A stretch of DNA of 59,943 bases, counting the filler. It is 4 parts of 4 records of this genome, joined end to end, with 100 filler letters (N's around TTAATTAATTAA, not from the genome) between each part and the next. Parts side by side here need not be neighbours in the genome. Positions count along the whole stretch, not along the records: positions 1 to 18,504 come from DRR723986_5003; positions 18,605 to 35,320 come from DRR723986_5005; 2 more parts are not named here. The stretch is one strand, 5' to 3'. Below, one piece after another: positions 9,140 to 18,605 of this stretch; the stretch's first letter is position 1, and each line of letters begins with the position of its first letter. The notes under the pieces are model-generated. The model did not search any database. It was not told the DNA's origin and saw nothing but the letters and a program-made list of their open reading frames with translations. Position numbers and translations under genes: made by a program.

Positions 9140-9345
9140 GCGATCCGGTGGCATGGCCTGCGTTGCTGCGGGCCGGATTGCACGAGTTGCGGTTGGCGCC
9201 GGAGGTGTTCTGGAACCTGACCCCGGCGGAACTGCAGGTGATGTTGGGCAAAGCTGCATCACGCCAGCCGATGACGCGGGACGGGTTGGACGCCTTGATG
9301 GATGCCTATCCTGACCAAGAAAAAGGAACACGAGATGGCGGATGA
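9136..9345 (+). CDS. GTA small tail assembly chaperone (g10.1-like)
   Basis: W..L.RAGL..LRL.PEVFWNLTPAEL...LM.AYPD; GTG start overlapping the g10 stop. Confidence 0.85.
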   Translation: MSDPVAWPALLRAGLHELRLAPEVFWNLTPAELQVMLGKAASRQPMTRDGLDALMDAYPDQEKGTRDGG

Positions 9346-10039
9346 CAACAACTTTGATCAGTTGAACGGCAAAGCGGCGGGGCTGAACGGGACATTGGCG
9401 CAGACCAGTGTGTTGGTCAGCGGTTTTGACAGTGAGTTGCGACGGATGCGGGTGTCTTTGGCGGCGACGGGCAAGGATATGGCGACGATGGAGCGGGGAC
9501 TGAGCCGGGGTTTGCGCAGGGCGTTTGACGGTGTGGTTCTGGACGGCATGAAATTGACCGACGCATTGCGCGGCGTGGCGCAGACGATGGCGAGCACCGC
9601 TTATAACGCGGCGATCAAGCCCGTGACGCAGCATATTGGCGGTTTGATCTCGCAGGGGGTCGGAACGCTGGTGCAGAACGTTCTGCCGTTTGAGCAGGGT
9701 GCGCCGTTTTCGCAAGGGCGTGTGATCCCCTTTGCAAGGGGCGGCGTGGTGAGCGCGGGACGGGTGCAAAGTGGTGGCGGCGGCGGGATCGTGGCCGGAC
9801 CGACCCATTTCCCGATGCGCGGCAGCTATGGGTTGATGGGGGAAGCGGGGCCGGAAGCGATTATGCCACTGGCCCGCGGGGCAGACGGGAAGTTGGGCGT
9901 GCGTGGCGGAGGGGGGAGCGGCGATGTGCATGTGGTGATGAACATCACGACGCCTGATGTTCAGGGATTCCAGCGATCCCAGAGCCAGATCGCCGCGCAG
10001 ATGAGCCGCGCCCTGAACACGGGCAATCGCAATCGATAA
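9335..10039 (+). CDS. GTA tail tape measure protein (g11)
   Basis: 234 aa; PFARGGVV, GLMGEAGPEAIMPL.RG.DGKLGV, FQRSQSQIAAQM.RAL. Confidence 0.92.
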   Translation: MADDNNFDQLNGKAAGLNGTLAQTSVLVSGFDSELRRMRVSLAATGKDMATMERGLSRGLRRAFDGVVLDGMKLTDALRGVAQTMASTAYNAAIKPVTQHIGGLISQGVGTLVQNVLPFEQGAPFSQGRVIPFARGGVVSAGRVQSGGGGGIVAGPTHFPMRGSYGLMGEAGPEAIMPLARGADGKLGVRGGGGSGDVHVVMNITTPDVQGFQRSQSQIAAQMSRALNTGNRNR

Positions 10040-10053
10040 CCGGGAAGAGACAG

Positions 10054-10686
10054 ATGACATTTCACGAAATCAGATTTCCGGCCAGCCTCAGCTTTGGGTC
10101 TGTTGGCGGCCCGCAGCGGCGCACCGATGTGGTGACACTTGCGAACGGGTTTGAAGAACGCAACACGCCCTGGGCGCATTCGCGGAGGGTGTATGACGCG
10201 GGGCTTGGCATGCGGTCGATTGACGATTTGCAGGTGCTCATCGGCTTTTTTGAGGCCCGGATGGGGCAGATGCATGGGTTTCGCTGGAAAGATTGGGCGG
10301 ACTATGCCTCTGCCAAGGGCGCGGCGGAAGTGGCTTTTGATGATCAGACCATCGGCTTTGGCGATGGAGAAACGGCGGATTTTCAGCTGATCAAGACCTA
10401 CAGGTCCGGTGCGCAAAGTTATGCGCGGCCCATCAAGAAGCCTGTTGCAGGCACGGTGCGCATCGGGGTTGAGCAGGACAGCCTGCAAGAGGGCGTGGAT
10501 TATGAGGTGGACTTGGTCACAGGCATGGTGCGCTTTGCGCATCCGCCTGATCGGGGAATGGAGGTACTTGCGGGCTATGAGTTCGATGTGCCTGTCCGGT
10601 TTGATACGGACCGGATTTTGACGTCGGTGGCCAGTTTTCAGGCCGGGCAGGTGCCCAATGTGCCGGTGATCGAGGTGCGGATCTGA
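10054..10686 (+). CDS. GTA distal tail protein, DUF2460-like (g12)
   Basis: FHEIRFP, GFEERN.PWAHSRR.YDAG, FFEARMG..GFRWKDW, FDVPVRFDTD. Confidence 0.93.
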   Translation: MTFHEIRFPASLSFGSVGGPQRRTDVVTLANGFEERNTPWAHSRRVYDAGLGMRSIDDLQVLIGFFEARMGQMHGFRWKDWADYASAKGAAEVAFDDQTIGFGDGETADFQLIKTYRSGAQSYARPIKKPVAGTVRIGVEQDSLQEGVDYEVDLVTGMVRFAHPPDRGMEVLAGYEFDVPVRFDTDRILTSVASFQAGQVPNVPVIEVRI

Positions 10687-11573
10687 TGGGCGGCGGCGAA
10701 CAGGGCCTTTTGGATCACGCGGCCAGCGGGCTGACGACGCTGTGCCACGCCTGGGCGATAGAGCGGGCGGACGGCAAGGTCTTTGCCTTTACAGATCATG
10801 ATCTGCCTTTGGCGTTTGGAGGGTTTGCCTTTCAGGCGGATGCCGGGCTGAGCGCCGGGGCGATTGCGCAAACCACAGGGCTGTCGGTGGACAACACCGA
10901 GGCGATGGGCGCGCTGAGCCATGCCTCTATCCGCGAAGACGAGATCGAGCAGGGCCGCTTTGATGGCGCGGCGGTCAAAGCATGGTTGGTGAACTGGCAA
11001 GATACGGATCAGCGGATACTGAAATTCTCGGGCAGTATCGGAGAGTTGCGCCGGATTGACGGGGCGTTTCGCGCCGAGTTGCGGGGATTGACCGAGGTTT
11101 TGAACCGGCCGATGGGGCGGGTTTATCAAAAGCCCTGCACAGCGGTGTTGGGTGACAGCACATGCCGGTTTGATCTGAGCCAACCGGGGTACCGTGAGAC
11201 CCGCGCGGTCGAACAGATCAAAGATCGCCGCCAGCTGATTTGGGATGCATTCGAAGGTTATGGCGAGGGGTGGTTTGAGCGGGGGCGTCTTGAGGCACTG
11301 GACGGGGCAGCGGCGGGGCTTTGGTCCGTGATCAAACATGACCGGATCAAGGACGGAAAACGTGTGATTGATCTGTGGGAACCGTTGCGCGGGGACCTTG
11401 GCCCCGGCGACATGGTGCGGCTGGTTGCGGGCTGTGACAAGCGGATGGAGATTTGCCGGCTGAAATTCGACAACCTGATCAATTTTCAGGGCTTTCCTGA
11501 TATTCCAAGCGAAGATTGGGTGGTTGCAGTGCCAAAATCCAAGGGCGCAAACACCGGAGGATCGCGGCGATGA
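10686..11573 (+). CDS. GTA baseplate hub protein, DUF2163/BR0599-like (g13)
   Basis: FTDHD, C.A.LGD..C, AGCDK....C..KF.N..NFQGFPDIP cysteine motifs. Confidence 0.92.
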   Translation: MGGGEQGLLDHAASGLTTLCHAWAIERADGKVFAFTDHDLPLAFGGFAFQADAGLSAGAIAQTTGLSVDNTEAMGALSHASIREDEIEQGRFDGAAVKAWLVNWQDTDQRILKFSGSIGELRRIDGAFRAELRGLTEVLNRPMGRVYQKPCTAVLGDSTCRFDLSQPGYRETRAVEQIKDRRQLIWDAFEGYGEGWFERGRLEALDGAAAGLWSVIKHDRIKDGKRVIDLWEPLRGDLGPGDMVRLVAGCDKRMEICRLKFDNLINFQGFPDIPSEDWVVAVPKSKGANTGGSRR

Positions 11574-12016
11574 CGGTGCAGGGCGATCAGGTGGTGCAGG
11601 CCGCCCTTGGATGGATCGGTACCCCTTACGTGCATCAGGCAGGCCGCAAGGGCGCGGGCTGCGATTGTCTGGGGCTGATCCGGGGCATCTGGCGCGAGAG
11701 GTTTGGCAAAGAGCCGGAGGCGGTGCCTGCCTATTCGATGGACTGGTCCGAGCCGCAGGGTGAAGAGCAGCTTTGGGCCGCGGCGCTGCGGCATTTGCGG
11801 GCCAAGGGTCTGGCTGACGAAGCGCGCGGGGATGTTGTGTTGTTTCGGATGCGGCAGGGCGCCGTGGCCAAACATCTTGGGGTGCAGTCGCGCATTGGTC
11901 CAGACGCCCGGTTCATCCATGCCTATGCGCGGCATGGGGTGACCGAAAGCCCGCTGTCCGGCCCATGGCGCAGGCGCATTGTTGCGCGTTTTGAATTTCC
12001 ACAAGGAGCCCTGTGA
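11570..12016 (+). CDS. GTA NlpC/P60 cell-wall peptidase (g14)
   Basis: WIGTPY.HQ...GAGCDCLGLIRG, AKHLG, FIHAY catalytic Cys/His motifs. Confidence 0.93.
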   Translation: MTVQGDQVVQAALGWIGTPYVHQAGRKGAGCDCLGLIRGIWRERFGKEPEAVPAYSMDWSEPQGEEQLWAAALRHLRAKGLADEARGDVVLFRMRQGAVAKHLGVQSRIGPDARFIHAYARHGVTESPLSGPWRRRIVARFEFPQGAL

Positions 12017-15000
12017 TGGCGACATTGTTATTTTCCGCAGCCGGTGCTGCGCTCGGTGGTTCAATCGGGGGCACATTTGCCGGGCTGTCGTCGGTCGCGA
12101 TTGGCCGGGCCGTTGGCGCGACCTTGGGCCGGGTGGTGGATCAGCGGTTGTTGGGGCAGGGCGCGGATGCGGTAGAAACCGGCAAGGTAGACCGGTTTCG
12201 TCTGACCAACGCGGGGGAAGGCAGCGCGATCTCGCAGGTTTATGGGCGGATGCGCATGGGCGGGCATGTGATCTGGGCGTCAGATTTCATCGAAACTGTC
12301 GCGGTTTCTGGGGGCGGCAAGGGCCGTCCCCCCTCGCCGGAGGTGTCGGAATACAGCTATGCCGTGAGCCTTGCGATTGGCATTTGCGAGGGGCAAATCA
12401 CCCGCATTGGCCGGGTCTGGGCAGATGGCGAGGAGGTCGCGCCAAAAGATCTGAACATGCGGGTTTATGATGGCACGGCAGATCAATTGCCGGATCCTGT
12501 CATGGAGGCGATTGAGGGTGCGGGCCGGGTGCCGGCCTATCGCGGGACCGCCTATGTTGTGATGGAAGACCTGTCACTGGCGCAGTTTGGCAACCGGATA
12601 CCGCAGTTTTCCTTTGAGGTGATCCGCCCCGAACAGCCGGACGCGCCGGGCTGGGAGCATACCCCTGCATTCGGGGTTCGCGGTGTGGCGATTATCCCCG
12701 GCACGGGGGAATATGAGCTGGCGACCTCGCCGGTGAACTATGATCTGGGCGACGGGGTGATGCAAAGCGCCAATGTCACCACCCCGGCGGCGGAGCCGGA
12801 CTTTGCCCATTGCGTTGAGGCGGTCTGCGATGAGTTGCCCAACCTCGAAGCGGCGTCTTTGGTGGTGGCTTGGTTTGGTGATGACTTGCGTTGCGGGGAA
12901 TGTACGGTCCGCCCGAAGGTTGAGCAAAAAGAGGTGGATAGCCCTGAGATGCCCTGGACCTCTGGCGGGATTGACCGGTCGGCAGCTGAGGTGATCGTAC
13001 AAGACGATGGCCGGCCGGTTTATGGCGGCACACCAACGGATGCCGCGGTAATTGAAGCCATTCAGGCGCTCAGCGCAGCAGGCAAGGCGGTTATGTACTA
13101 TCCGTTCATCCTGATGGACCCCTTCAAAGGCAATGAATTGCCCGACCCCTACAGTGACAACGGGTTTCAGCCAGATCTGCCATGGCGGGGGCGGATCACC
13201 TTGTCTGAGGCTCCGGGTCGGCCCGGCAGTCCGGATGGTACAGCACAGGCGGTTTCCGAAGTTGATGCGTTCTTTGGCACCGCAACTGCGGCGGATTTTG
13301 CAGTGGTGGACGGGGCCGTGATCTATAGCGGCCCGGCAGAATGGGGGCTGAACCGGTTTATCCTGCACAACGCGGCACTGTGCCTTGCGGCGGGGGGCGT
13401 TGAGGCGTTTTGCATCGGGTCAGAGATGCGCGGCCTGACGCAGATCAGAGGGCCGGGAAACAGCTTTCCGGCGGTGGCGCAGCTGCAAAACCTGGCGGCG
13501 GAGGTGCGTAGCCTTTTGGGACCGGAAACCAAGCTGAGCTATGCGGCAGACTGGTCAGAGTACTTTGGATATGCGCCGCAGGATGGATCGAACGACAGGT
13601 TCTTTCATCTTGATCCTTTGTGGGCCGATGCCAACATCGATTTCATTGGTATCGACAACTACATGCCGTTGGCCGATTGGCGTGATGAAGAGGGGCATCT
13701 GGATGGCGCGGATTGGGATGCGATCTATAACCTCGGTTATCTGAAATCCAACATCGAGGGCGGCGAGGGCTATGATTGGTATTACCATTCCGAGACAGCC
13801 CGTGCCGCGCAGATCCGCACGGACATCACTGATGGAGATTATGGCGAACCTTGGGTGCATCGTTACAAGGATTTGCGCGGCTGGTGGGAAAACACCCACC
13901 ACGACCGGATTGGCGGGGTTCGCGCGGAAAGCCCGACCAGTTGGCAGCCAAAATCAAAACCGATCTGGTTTACCGAATACGGCTGCGGCGCGGTGGACAA
14001 GGGCGCCAACCAGCCCAACAAGTTTCTGGATCGCAAAAGTTCGGAAAGCCTGCTGCCCAGATTTTCAAACGGGGCGCGGGATGAGTTGATCCAGATGCAA
14101 TATCTGCGCGCCATGTCAGAGTATTGGGCGGAGCCAGCCAACAATCCGATGTCTTCGGAATATGAGGGCCGGATGCTGGATATGTCGCGGGCGTTTGTTT
14201 GGGCGTGGGACAGCCGGCCCTATCCGTTTTTCCCCAATGATGTGGAGCGTTGGAGCGATGGTGAGAACTATGCCCGTGGCCATTGGATCAACGGGCGCAC
14301 CTCGTCGCGCAGCCTAGCCTCGGTGGTGCGAGAGATTTGCGAGCGGGCGGGCTTAGCGGGCTACAGTACAGACGGTCTTTACGGCTATTTGCGCGGCTAT
14401 GCGGTGGAGCAGGTTGGCGATGCGCGTGCAGCCTTGCAACCCTTGATGCTCCGCTATGGGTTTGACGCGGTGGAGCGCGGCGGCATGTTGCGGTTTCGGC
14501 CCCGAGATGGGCTGGCCCCTGAAGCGATTGCAGCGGGCCTGTTGGCGGTGAGTGATGAGCTGGACGGGGTGACGGAACAAAGCCGAGAAGCCGAGGCGGA
14601 AGTGTCAGGGCGGGTGCGGTTGCGGTTTGTGCAGGCGGAGGCCGATTTCGACGTAATCGCGGAGGAGGCGGTTCTGGCCGATGAGGCGACCCATGCGGTG
14701 ACGGGATCAGAAATGAACATGTCCCTGACGCGCAGTGAGGGGCGCCAGATTGCCGAGCGGTGGCTGACCGAGGCGCGTGTGGCGCGAGAAACCTTGCGGT
14801 TGGCTTTGCCGCCGTCACGGATGGATCTTGGCGCAGGTGATGTGATCGAGCTGCCGGGTCAGGGTAAGGAAGGCGCGGGTCGCTACCGCATTGACCGGGT
14901 TGAGCACTCATTGACGCAGCTGGTGGATGCGGTGCGGATTGAGCCGCAGGTCTATGACACCGCTGATCTGAGCGAGGATCCTGTGCCGATCAAACCGTTT

Positions 15001-15945
15001 GTGGCCCCCGTGCCGGTGATCTCGCATTTCCTGGATCTACCGCTTTTGCGCGGCGACGAGGTGCCACATGCGCCCCATATTGCCATCACTGCGGATCCTT
15101 GGCCGGGCGCGGCGGCGGTGTTTCAGTCAGGCGTGGATGCCGATTATACGCTGAACAGCCTGATCAATGCTCGCGCGACCGTCGGCGTAACCAGGACGGC
15201 GCTGCCTGCGGCCTGCGCCGGGGTCACGGATCATGGGCCGGATTTGGAGGTAAAACTGATCGCGGGCCAATTGGAAACGGTGCAGCCGCAAGCGCTCCTG
15301 AGCGGGGCAAATACGGCAGCGATTGGTGATGGCACCCCTGGCAATTGGGAGATTTTCCAGTTCGCCGAGGCGGAGCTGATCGGGCAGGATACCTATTGGT
15401 TGCGCGGGCGGTTGCGAGGGCAGGCGGGATCTAATGGACTTTTGCCGGCGGTTTGGCCGGAAGGGTCGATCTTTGTGTTGCTGGACGGGACGCCAAAACA
15501 GATCGAGTTGAGCCCGAACCTGCGCCGGGTTGCGCAACATTTCAGGATTGGTCCGGCGGGACGGGGTTATGATGACCCGTCGTATCAACATGTGGAAGAA
15601 GCGTTTGATGGCAATGGCTTGCGCCCCTTTAGCCCCTGCCATCTGCAGGCAGACTTGCAGATGAGCGGTGACGCCCAACTGCGGTGGATCAGGCGCACAC
15701 GGATTGGCGGCGATGGCTGGGAGGCGGCAGAGGTGCCGCTGGGCGAAGACAGCGAAGCCTATCTGGTGCAGGTGCGCAAGAACGGCGCCCCATTGCGCCA
15801 AGAGATCGTGAGCCAACCGAGCTGGACCTATTTAGCTGCTGCACAGACCGCAGATGGTGCGGTGCGTCCGTTTGAGGTTCAGGTGGCGCAACTCTCGGCG
15901 GTTTATGGGGCAGGACTTGCCGCGACGGTGGTGGTGGCCGGGTGA
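12016..15945 (+). CDS. GTA baseplate multidomain protein (g15, megatron; TIM-barrel-like plus tail domains)
   Basis: About 1309 aa; VPAYRGTAYVV, YGGTPTD, YAADWSEYFG, GIDNYMPLADWRD, KPIWFTEYGC. Confidence 0.95.
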   Translation: MATLLFSAAGAALGGSIGGTFAGLSSVAIGRAVGATLGRVVDQRLLGQGADAVETGKVDRFRLTNAGEGSAISQVYGRMRMGGHVIWASDFIETVAVSGGGKGRPPSPEVSEYSYAVSLAIGICEGQITRIGRVWADGEEVAPKDLNMRVYDGTADQLPDPVMEAIEGAGRVPAYRGTAYVVMEDLSLAQFGNRIPQFSFEVIRPEQPDAPGWEHTPAFGVRGVAIIPGTGEYELATSPVNYDLGDGVMQSANVTTPAAEPDFAHCVEAVCDELPNLEAASLVVAWFGDDLRCGECTVRPKVEQKEVDSPEMPWTSGGIDRSAAEVIVQDDGRPVYGGTPTDAAVIEAIQALSAAGKAVMYYPFILMDPFKGNELPDPYSDNGFQPDLPWRGRITLSEAPGRPGSPDGTAQAVSEVDAFFGTATAADFAVVDGAVIYSGPAEWGLNRFILHNAALCLAAGGVEAFCIGSEMRGLTQIRGPGNSFPAVAQLQNLAAEVRSLLGPETKLSYAADWSEYFGYAPQDGSNDRFFHLDPLWADANIDFIGIDNYMPLADWRDEEGHLDGADWDAIYNLGYLKSNIEGGEGYDWYYHSETARAAQIRTDITDGDYGEPWVHRYKDLRGWWENTHHDRIGGVRAESPTSWQPKSKPIWFTEYGCGAVDKGANQPNKFLDRKSSESLLPRFSNGARDELIQMQYLRAMSEYWAEPANNPMSSEYEGRMLDMSRAFVWAWDSRPYPFFPNDVERWSDGENYARGHWINGRTSSRSLASVVREICERAGLAGYSTDGLYGYLRGYAVEQVGDARAALQPLMLRYGFDAVERGGMLRFRPRDGLAPEAIAAGLLAVSDELDGVTEQSREAEAEVSGRVRLRFVQAEADFDVIAEEAVLADEATHAVTGSEMNMSLTRSEGRQIAERWLTEARVARETLRLALPPSRMDLGAGDVIELPGQGKEGAGRYRIDRVEHSLTQLVDAVRIEPQVYDTADLSEDPVPIKPFVAPVPVISHFLDLPLLRGDEVPHAPHIAITADPWPGAAAVFQSGVDADYTLNSLINARATVGVTRTALPAACAGVTDHGPDLEVKLIAGQLETVQPQALLSGANTAAIGDGTPGNWEIFQFAEAELIGQDTYWLRGRLRGQAGSNGLLPAVWPEGSIFVLLDGTPKQIELSPNLRRVAQHFRIGPAGRGYDDPSYQHVEEAFDGNGLRPFSPCHLQADLQMSGDAQLRWIRRTRIGGDGWEAAEVPLGEDSEAYLVQVRKNGAPLRQEIVSQPSWTYLAAAQTADGAVRPFEVQVAQLSAVYGAGLAATVVVAG

Positions 15946-16238
15946 TGCGCCGCGTGCTTTGGTCGGATGTGACCACAGCTGCGCGGGCGGTTTTGGCGGC
16001 AAGGCCTGCGCGGCGGGAGAGCTTTGCCGCCGCTTTGGTTGTTCAGGCCAGCCATGCAGACAAATACACCCGGCGGTTTGGGCGGGATCATCCCACTTGG
16101 GGCAACGGGACGCTGCTGGCGGCGGCGCGCAAGCATGCCTTGGCGGCCGAGCGCAGCTTTGATGATCGCGATTATGCGCAGTGTTGCCTGTTGGTTCTGG
16201 CGGCGCTGGATCGGTTTCGTGCGACAAAAAACTTGTAA
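15945..16238 (+). CDS. Small basic hypothetical protein coupled to g15
   Basis: TGATG overlap with g15 stop; AD.Y.RR.GR.HP.WGNGTL motif-like core. Confidence 0.7.
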   Translation: MRRVLWSDVTTAARAVLAARPARRESFAAALVVQASHADKYTRRFGRDHPTWGNGTLLAAARKHALAAERSFDDRDYAQCCLLVLAALDRFRATKNL

Positions 16239-16342
16239 GCGGAACTTTCATGCCCACATGATTTTATGAACCACATCACAGATTTGCGTTTGGGCATCAG
16301 ATGTTGCATGGGCTAGGGTGGAGCCAACAAAGGACGGATATT

Positions 16343-17152
16343 ATGGCTGAATTGCGCACGAAGATTGCACCTGTGGACCCGGTTTGGGACCAGATCCAGA
16401 AAGAGGCACAGCAAGCTGTGCAGGACGAGCCGCTGATTGGCGGCTTTGTGCATGCCTGTATCCTGCACCACCAGTCCATTGAAAAGGCATTGTCTTACCG
16501 GATCGCGGCCAAGCTTTCATCGAATGAGATGTCGATGATGGTTGTGCGCGAGATGGTCGAAGAGGCATATGCCGAAAATCCCGAGCTTGTTCAGGCGGGG
16601 CGGGCCGATCTGGTGGCGATCTATGAACGCGATCCGGCCTGCCACAGATTGTTGCAGCCGATCTTGTACTTCAAAGGCTACCAAGCGGTGCAGGCCTACC
16701 GGGTCGGGCATCACCTGTGGCAAAAGGGCAAGCGCGATCTGGCCTATTTTGTGCAGATGCGGGTGAGCGAGATCTTTGGCGTGGATATTCATCCGGCGGC
16801 GAAAATCGGGCGCGGCATCATGATAGATCACGCGCATTCCATTGTGATTGGCGAAACCGCCGTGGTTGGCGACAACGTGTCGATGTTGCATTCGGTGACA
16901 TTGGGCGGGACGGGCAAGGAAGAAGAGGACCGGCACCCGAAGATCGAGGATGGTGTTCTGATCGGAGCCGGGGCCAAGGTTCTGGGCAATATCACCGTGG
17001 GCCATTGCAGCCGCATCGCGGCAGGATCGGTGGTGTTGGAAGCGGTGCCGCCTTGCAAAACAGTGGCTGGTATTCCGGCACGGATTGTCGGCGAGGCGGG
17101 CTGTGATCAGCCGGCGGTGTCGATGAACCACATGTTGGGGCCGCAGGACTGA
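16343..17152 (+). CDS. cysE: Serine O-acetyltransferase
   Basis: ERDPAC, KGYQAVQAYR, VDIHPAA.IG.GIMIDHA, VTLGGTGK...RHPK hexapeptide repeats. Confidence 0.96.
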   Translation: MAELRTKIAPVDPVWDQIQKEAQQAVQDEPLIGGFVHACILHHQSIEKALSYRIAAKLSSNEMSMMVVREMVEEAYAENPELVQAGRADLVAIYERDPACHRLLQPILYFKGYQAVQAYRVGHHLWQKGKRDLAYFVQMRVSEIFGVDIHPAAKIGRGIMIDHAHSIVIGETAVVGDNVSMLHSVTLGGTGKEEEDRHPKIEDGVLIGAGAKVLGNITVGHCSRIAAGSVVLEAVPPCKTVAGIPARIVGEAGCDQPAVSMNHMLGPQD

Positions 17153-17183
17153 TTGCTTGTCCGAACGCAGTATTAAGAATTGA

Positions 17184-17211
17184 AAAAAGCCGGGGGAAAC
17201 CCCGGCTTTTT
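17184..17211. terminator. Bidirectional intrinsic terminator between cysE and pdhC
   Basis: AAAAAGCCGGGG-gaaa-CCCCGGCTTTTT perfect stem with A and T tails. Confidence 0.9.
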
Positions 17212-17223
17212 GTTTGATTTATG

Positions 17224-17296
17224 CCATCCCTGCGGGCTGGTGATGAGGGGCTGGCGGCCCCTCAAACGCCCCGCGAGTATTTCAGGCCAAAAAGGG
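17224..17296. repeat. Short REP-like palindromic intergenic element
   Basis: Hairpin TGAGGGGC-tggcg-GCCCCTCA (17244-17264) followed by CCCCGCGAGTATTTCAGGCCAAA; related sequence at 3485-3513. Confidence 0.5.
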
Positions 17297-17297
17297 A

Positions 17298-18503
17298 TCA
17301 GGCCAGCATGGTCATCGGCGCTTCGAGATTGTCTTTGATTGCGTTGAGCAGATTGGCCCCCAGTGCGCCGTCGATCACCCGGTGATCCACGGAGAGCGTC
17401 ACAGACATCACAGTGGCCACGGCCATTTCGCCGTCTTTGCCGACGATAGGTTTTTTCACGCCTGCGCCCACCGCAAGGATGGCGCCGTGGGGCGGGTTGA
17501 TCACTGCGTCGAAGTTTTCGATGCCGAACATCCCGAGGTTGGAGATGGCAAAGCTGCCGCCCTGGTATTCATGGGGGGCAAGTTTGCGGTCACGGGCGCG
17601 GGCGGCGAGGTCTTTCATTTCGGTAGAGAGGGCAGAAAGCGATTTCATCTCGGCGTCTTTCAGGACCGGTGTGAACAGGCCGCCTTCGATGGCGACGGCC
17701 ACTGCCACGTCTGAGGGTTTCAGTTTCAGCGTGCGATCGCCAGCCCAGACCGAATTGGCCTCGGGCACCTGTTGCAGGGCCAGAGCGCAAGCCTTGATGA
17801 TGAAATCATTGACCGACAGTTTGATGCCGCGCGGCTCAAGCTGTTTGTTCAGTTCGGCGCGGAAGCCCATCAAGGCATCCAGCTGGATATCGCGGCGCAG
17901 GTAGAAATGCGGGATGCTTTGTTTCGCTTCGGTCAGACGTGCAGCGATGGTTTTGCGCATACCGTCAAGTTTGACTTCTTCGAAGTCTCGGCCTTCGTAG
18001 ATCTTCAGCACGGCGTCCGTGGACGGGCCTTGTGCGGTGGCGGCAGGTGCGGCGGCAGCGGGTGCAGATGCGGATGCAGCAGCAGGTTTGGCTGCGGGCG
18101 CAGCGGATGCAGAGAGCCCTTCGACATCGGCCTTGACGATACGGCCATGGGGGCCGCTGCCGGTGACATTGGCCAGATCCAGACCTTTGTTTGCGGCGAT
18201 GCGCCGGGCGAGCGGCGAGGCAAAGATGCGTGTGCCATCCACGCCTTTGGGGGCGGCGGGGGCTGGCGTTGCGTCTGCTGGGGCCGCAGCAGCGGCGGCG
18301 GGCGCGGTGTCCTGCGCGGCAGCGGGAGCGGCCTCTGCCTTTGGGGCAGGGGCGGCGGCACCGATGTCATCGGCGCTTTCGCCGTCTTCGAGCAGCACCG
18401 CAATGGCGGTGTTCACCTTGACGCCTTCGCTGCCTTCGGGGACCAGGATTTTGCCGACTACGCCCTCATCCACGGCTTCGAATTCCATGGTGGCTTTGTC
18501 GGT
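17298..18503 (-). CDS. pdhC: Pyruvate dehydrogenase E2 dihydrolipoamide acetyltransferase, 5'-truncated
   Basis: Lipoyl motif TDKATME at contig edge, Ala/Pro linkers, [30 protein letters not shown]. Confidence 0.95.
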   Translation of the reverse strand, partial: TDKATMEFEAVDEGVVGKILVPEGSEGVKVNTAIAVLLEDGESADDIGAAAPAPKAEAAPAAAQDTAPAAAAAAPADATPAPAAPKGVDGTRIFASPLARRIAANKGLDLANVTGSGPHGRIVKADVEGLSASAAPAAKPAAASASAPAAAAPAATAQGPSTDAVLKIYEGRDFEEVKLDGMRKTIAARLTEAKQSIPHFYLRRDIQLDALMGFRAELNKQLEPRGIKLSVNDFIIKACALALQQVPEANSVWAGDRTLKLKPSDVAVAVAIEGGLFTPVLKDAEMKSLSALSTEMKDLAARARDRKLAPHEYQGGSFAISNLGMFGIENFDAVINPPHGAILAVGAGVKKPIVGKDGEMAVATVMSVTLSVDHRVIDGALGANLLNAIKDNLEAPMTMLA

Positions 18504-18504
18504 T

Positions 18505-18604
18505 NNNNNNNNNNNNNNNNNNNNNNNNNNNNNNNNNNNNNNNNNNNNTTAATTAATTAANNNNNNNNNNNNNNNNNNNNNNNNNNNNNNNNNNNNNNNN
18601 NNNN
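18505..18604. other. Artificial contig linker
   Basis: N44-TTAATTAATTAA-N44; the 12-mer puts stops in all six frames; genes on both sides are truncated. Confidence 0.98.
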
Positions 18605-18605
18605 C

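Larger units (their letters stand above)
1839..16238 (+). mobile_element. RcGTA-like gene transfer agent head-tail gene cluster (domesticated phage-derived element)
   Basis: Co-oriented g1-g15 in RcGTA order; short tape measure; no integrase, replication or lysogeny genes; flanked by mltG and cysE. Confidence 0.96.

Noticed and set aside
9100-9345. Lambda G/GT-type programmed frameshift between the tail chaperones
   Set aside because: No XXXYYYZ slippery heptamer seen near the g10 end; g10.1 has its own GTG start overlapping the stop
1839-15945. Prophage
   Set aside because: No integrase, repressor, replication or lysis genes; RcGTA gene order, very short tape measure and housekeeping flanks indicate a GTA
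18000-18380. GC-rich repetitive stretch in pdhC
   Set aside because: Normal Ala/Pro linkers of the E2 subunit
18549-18560. TTAATTAATTAA as a CtrA site or biological repeat
   Set aside because: Identical in all three N gaps; an artificial six-frame stop linker
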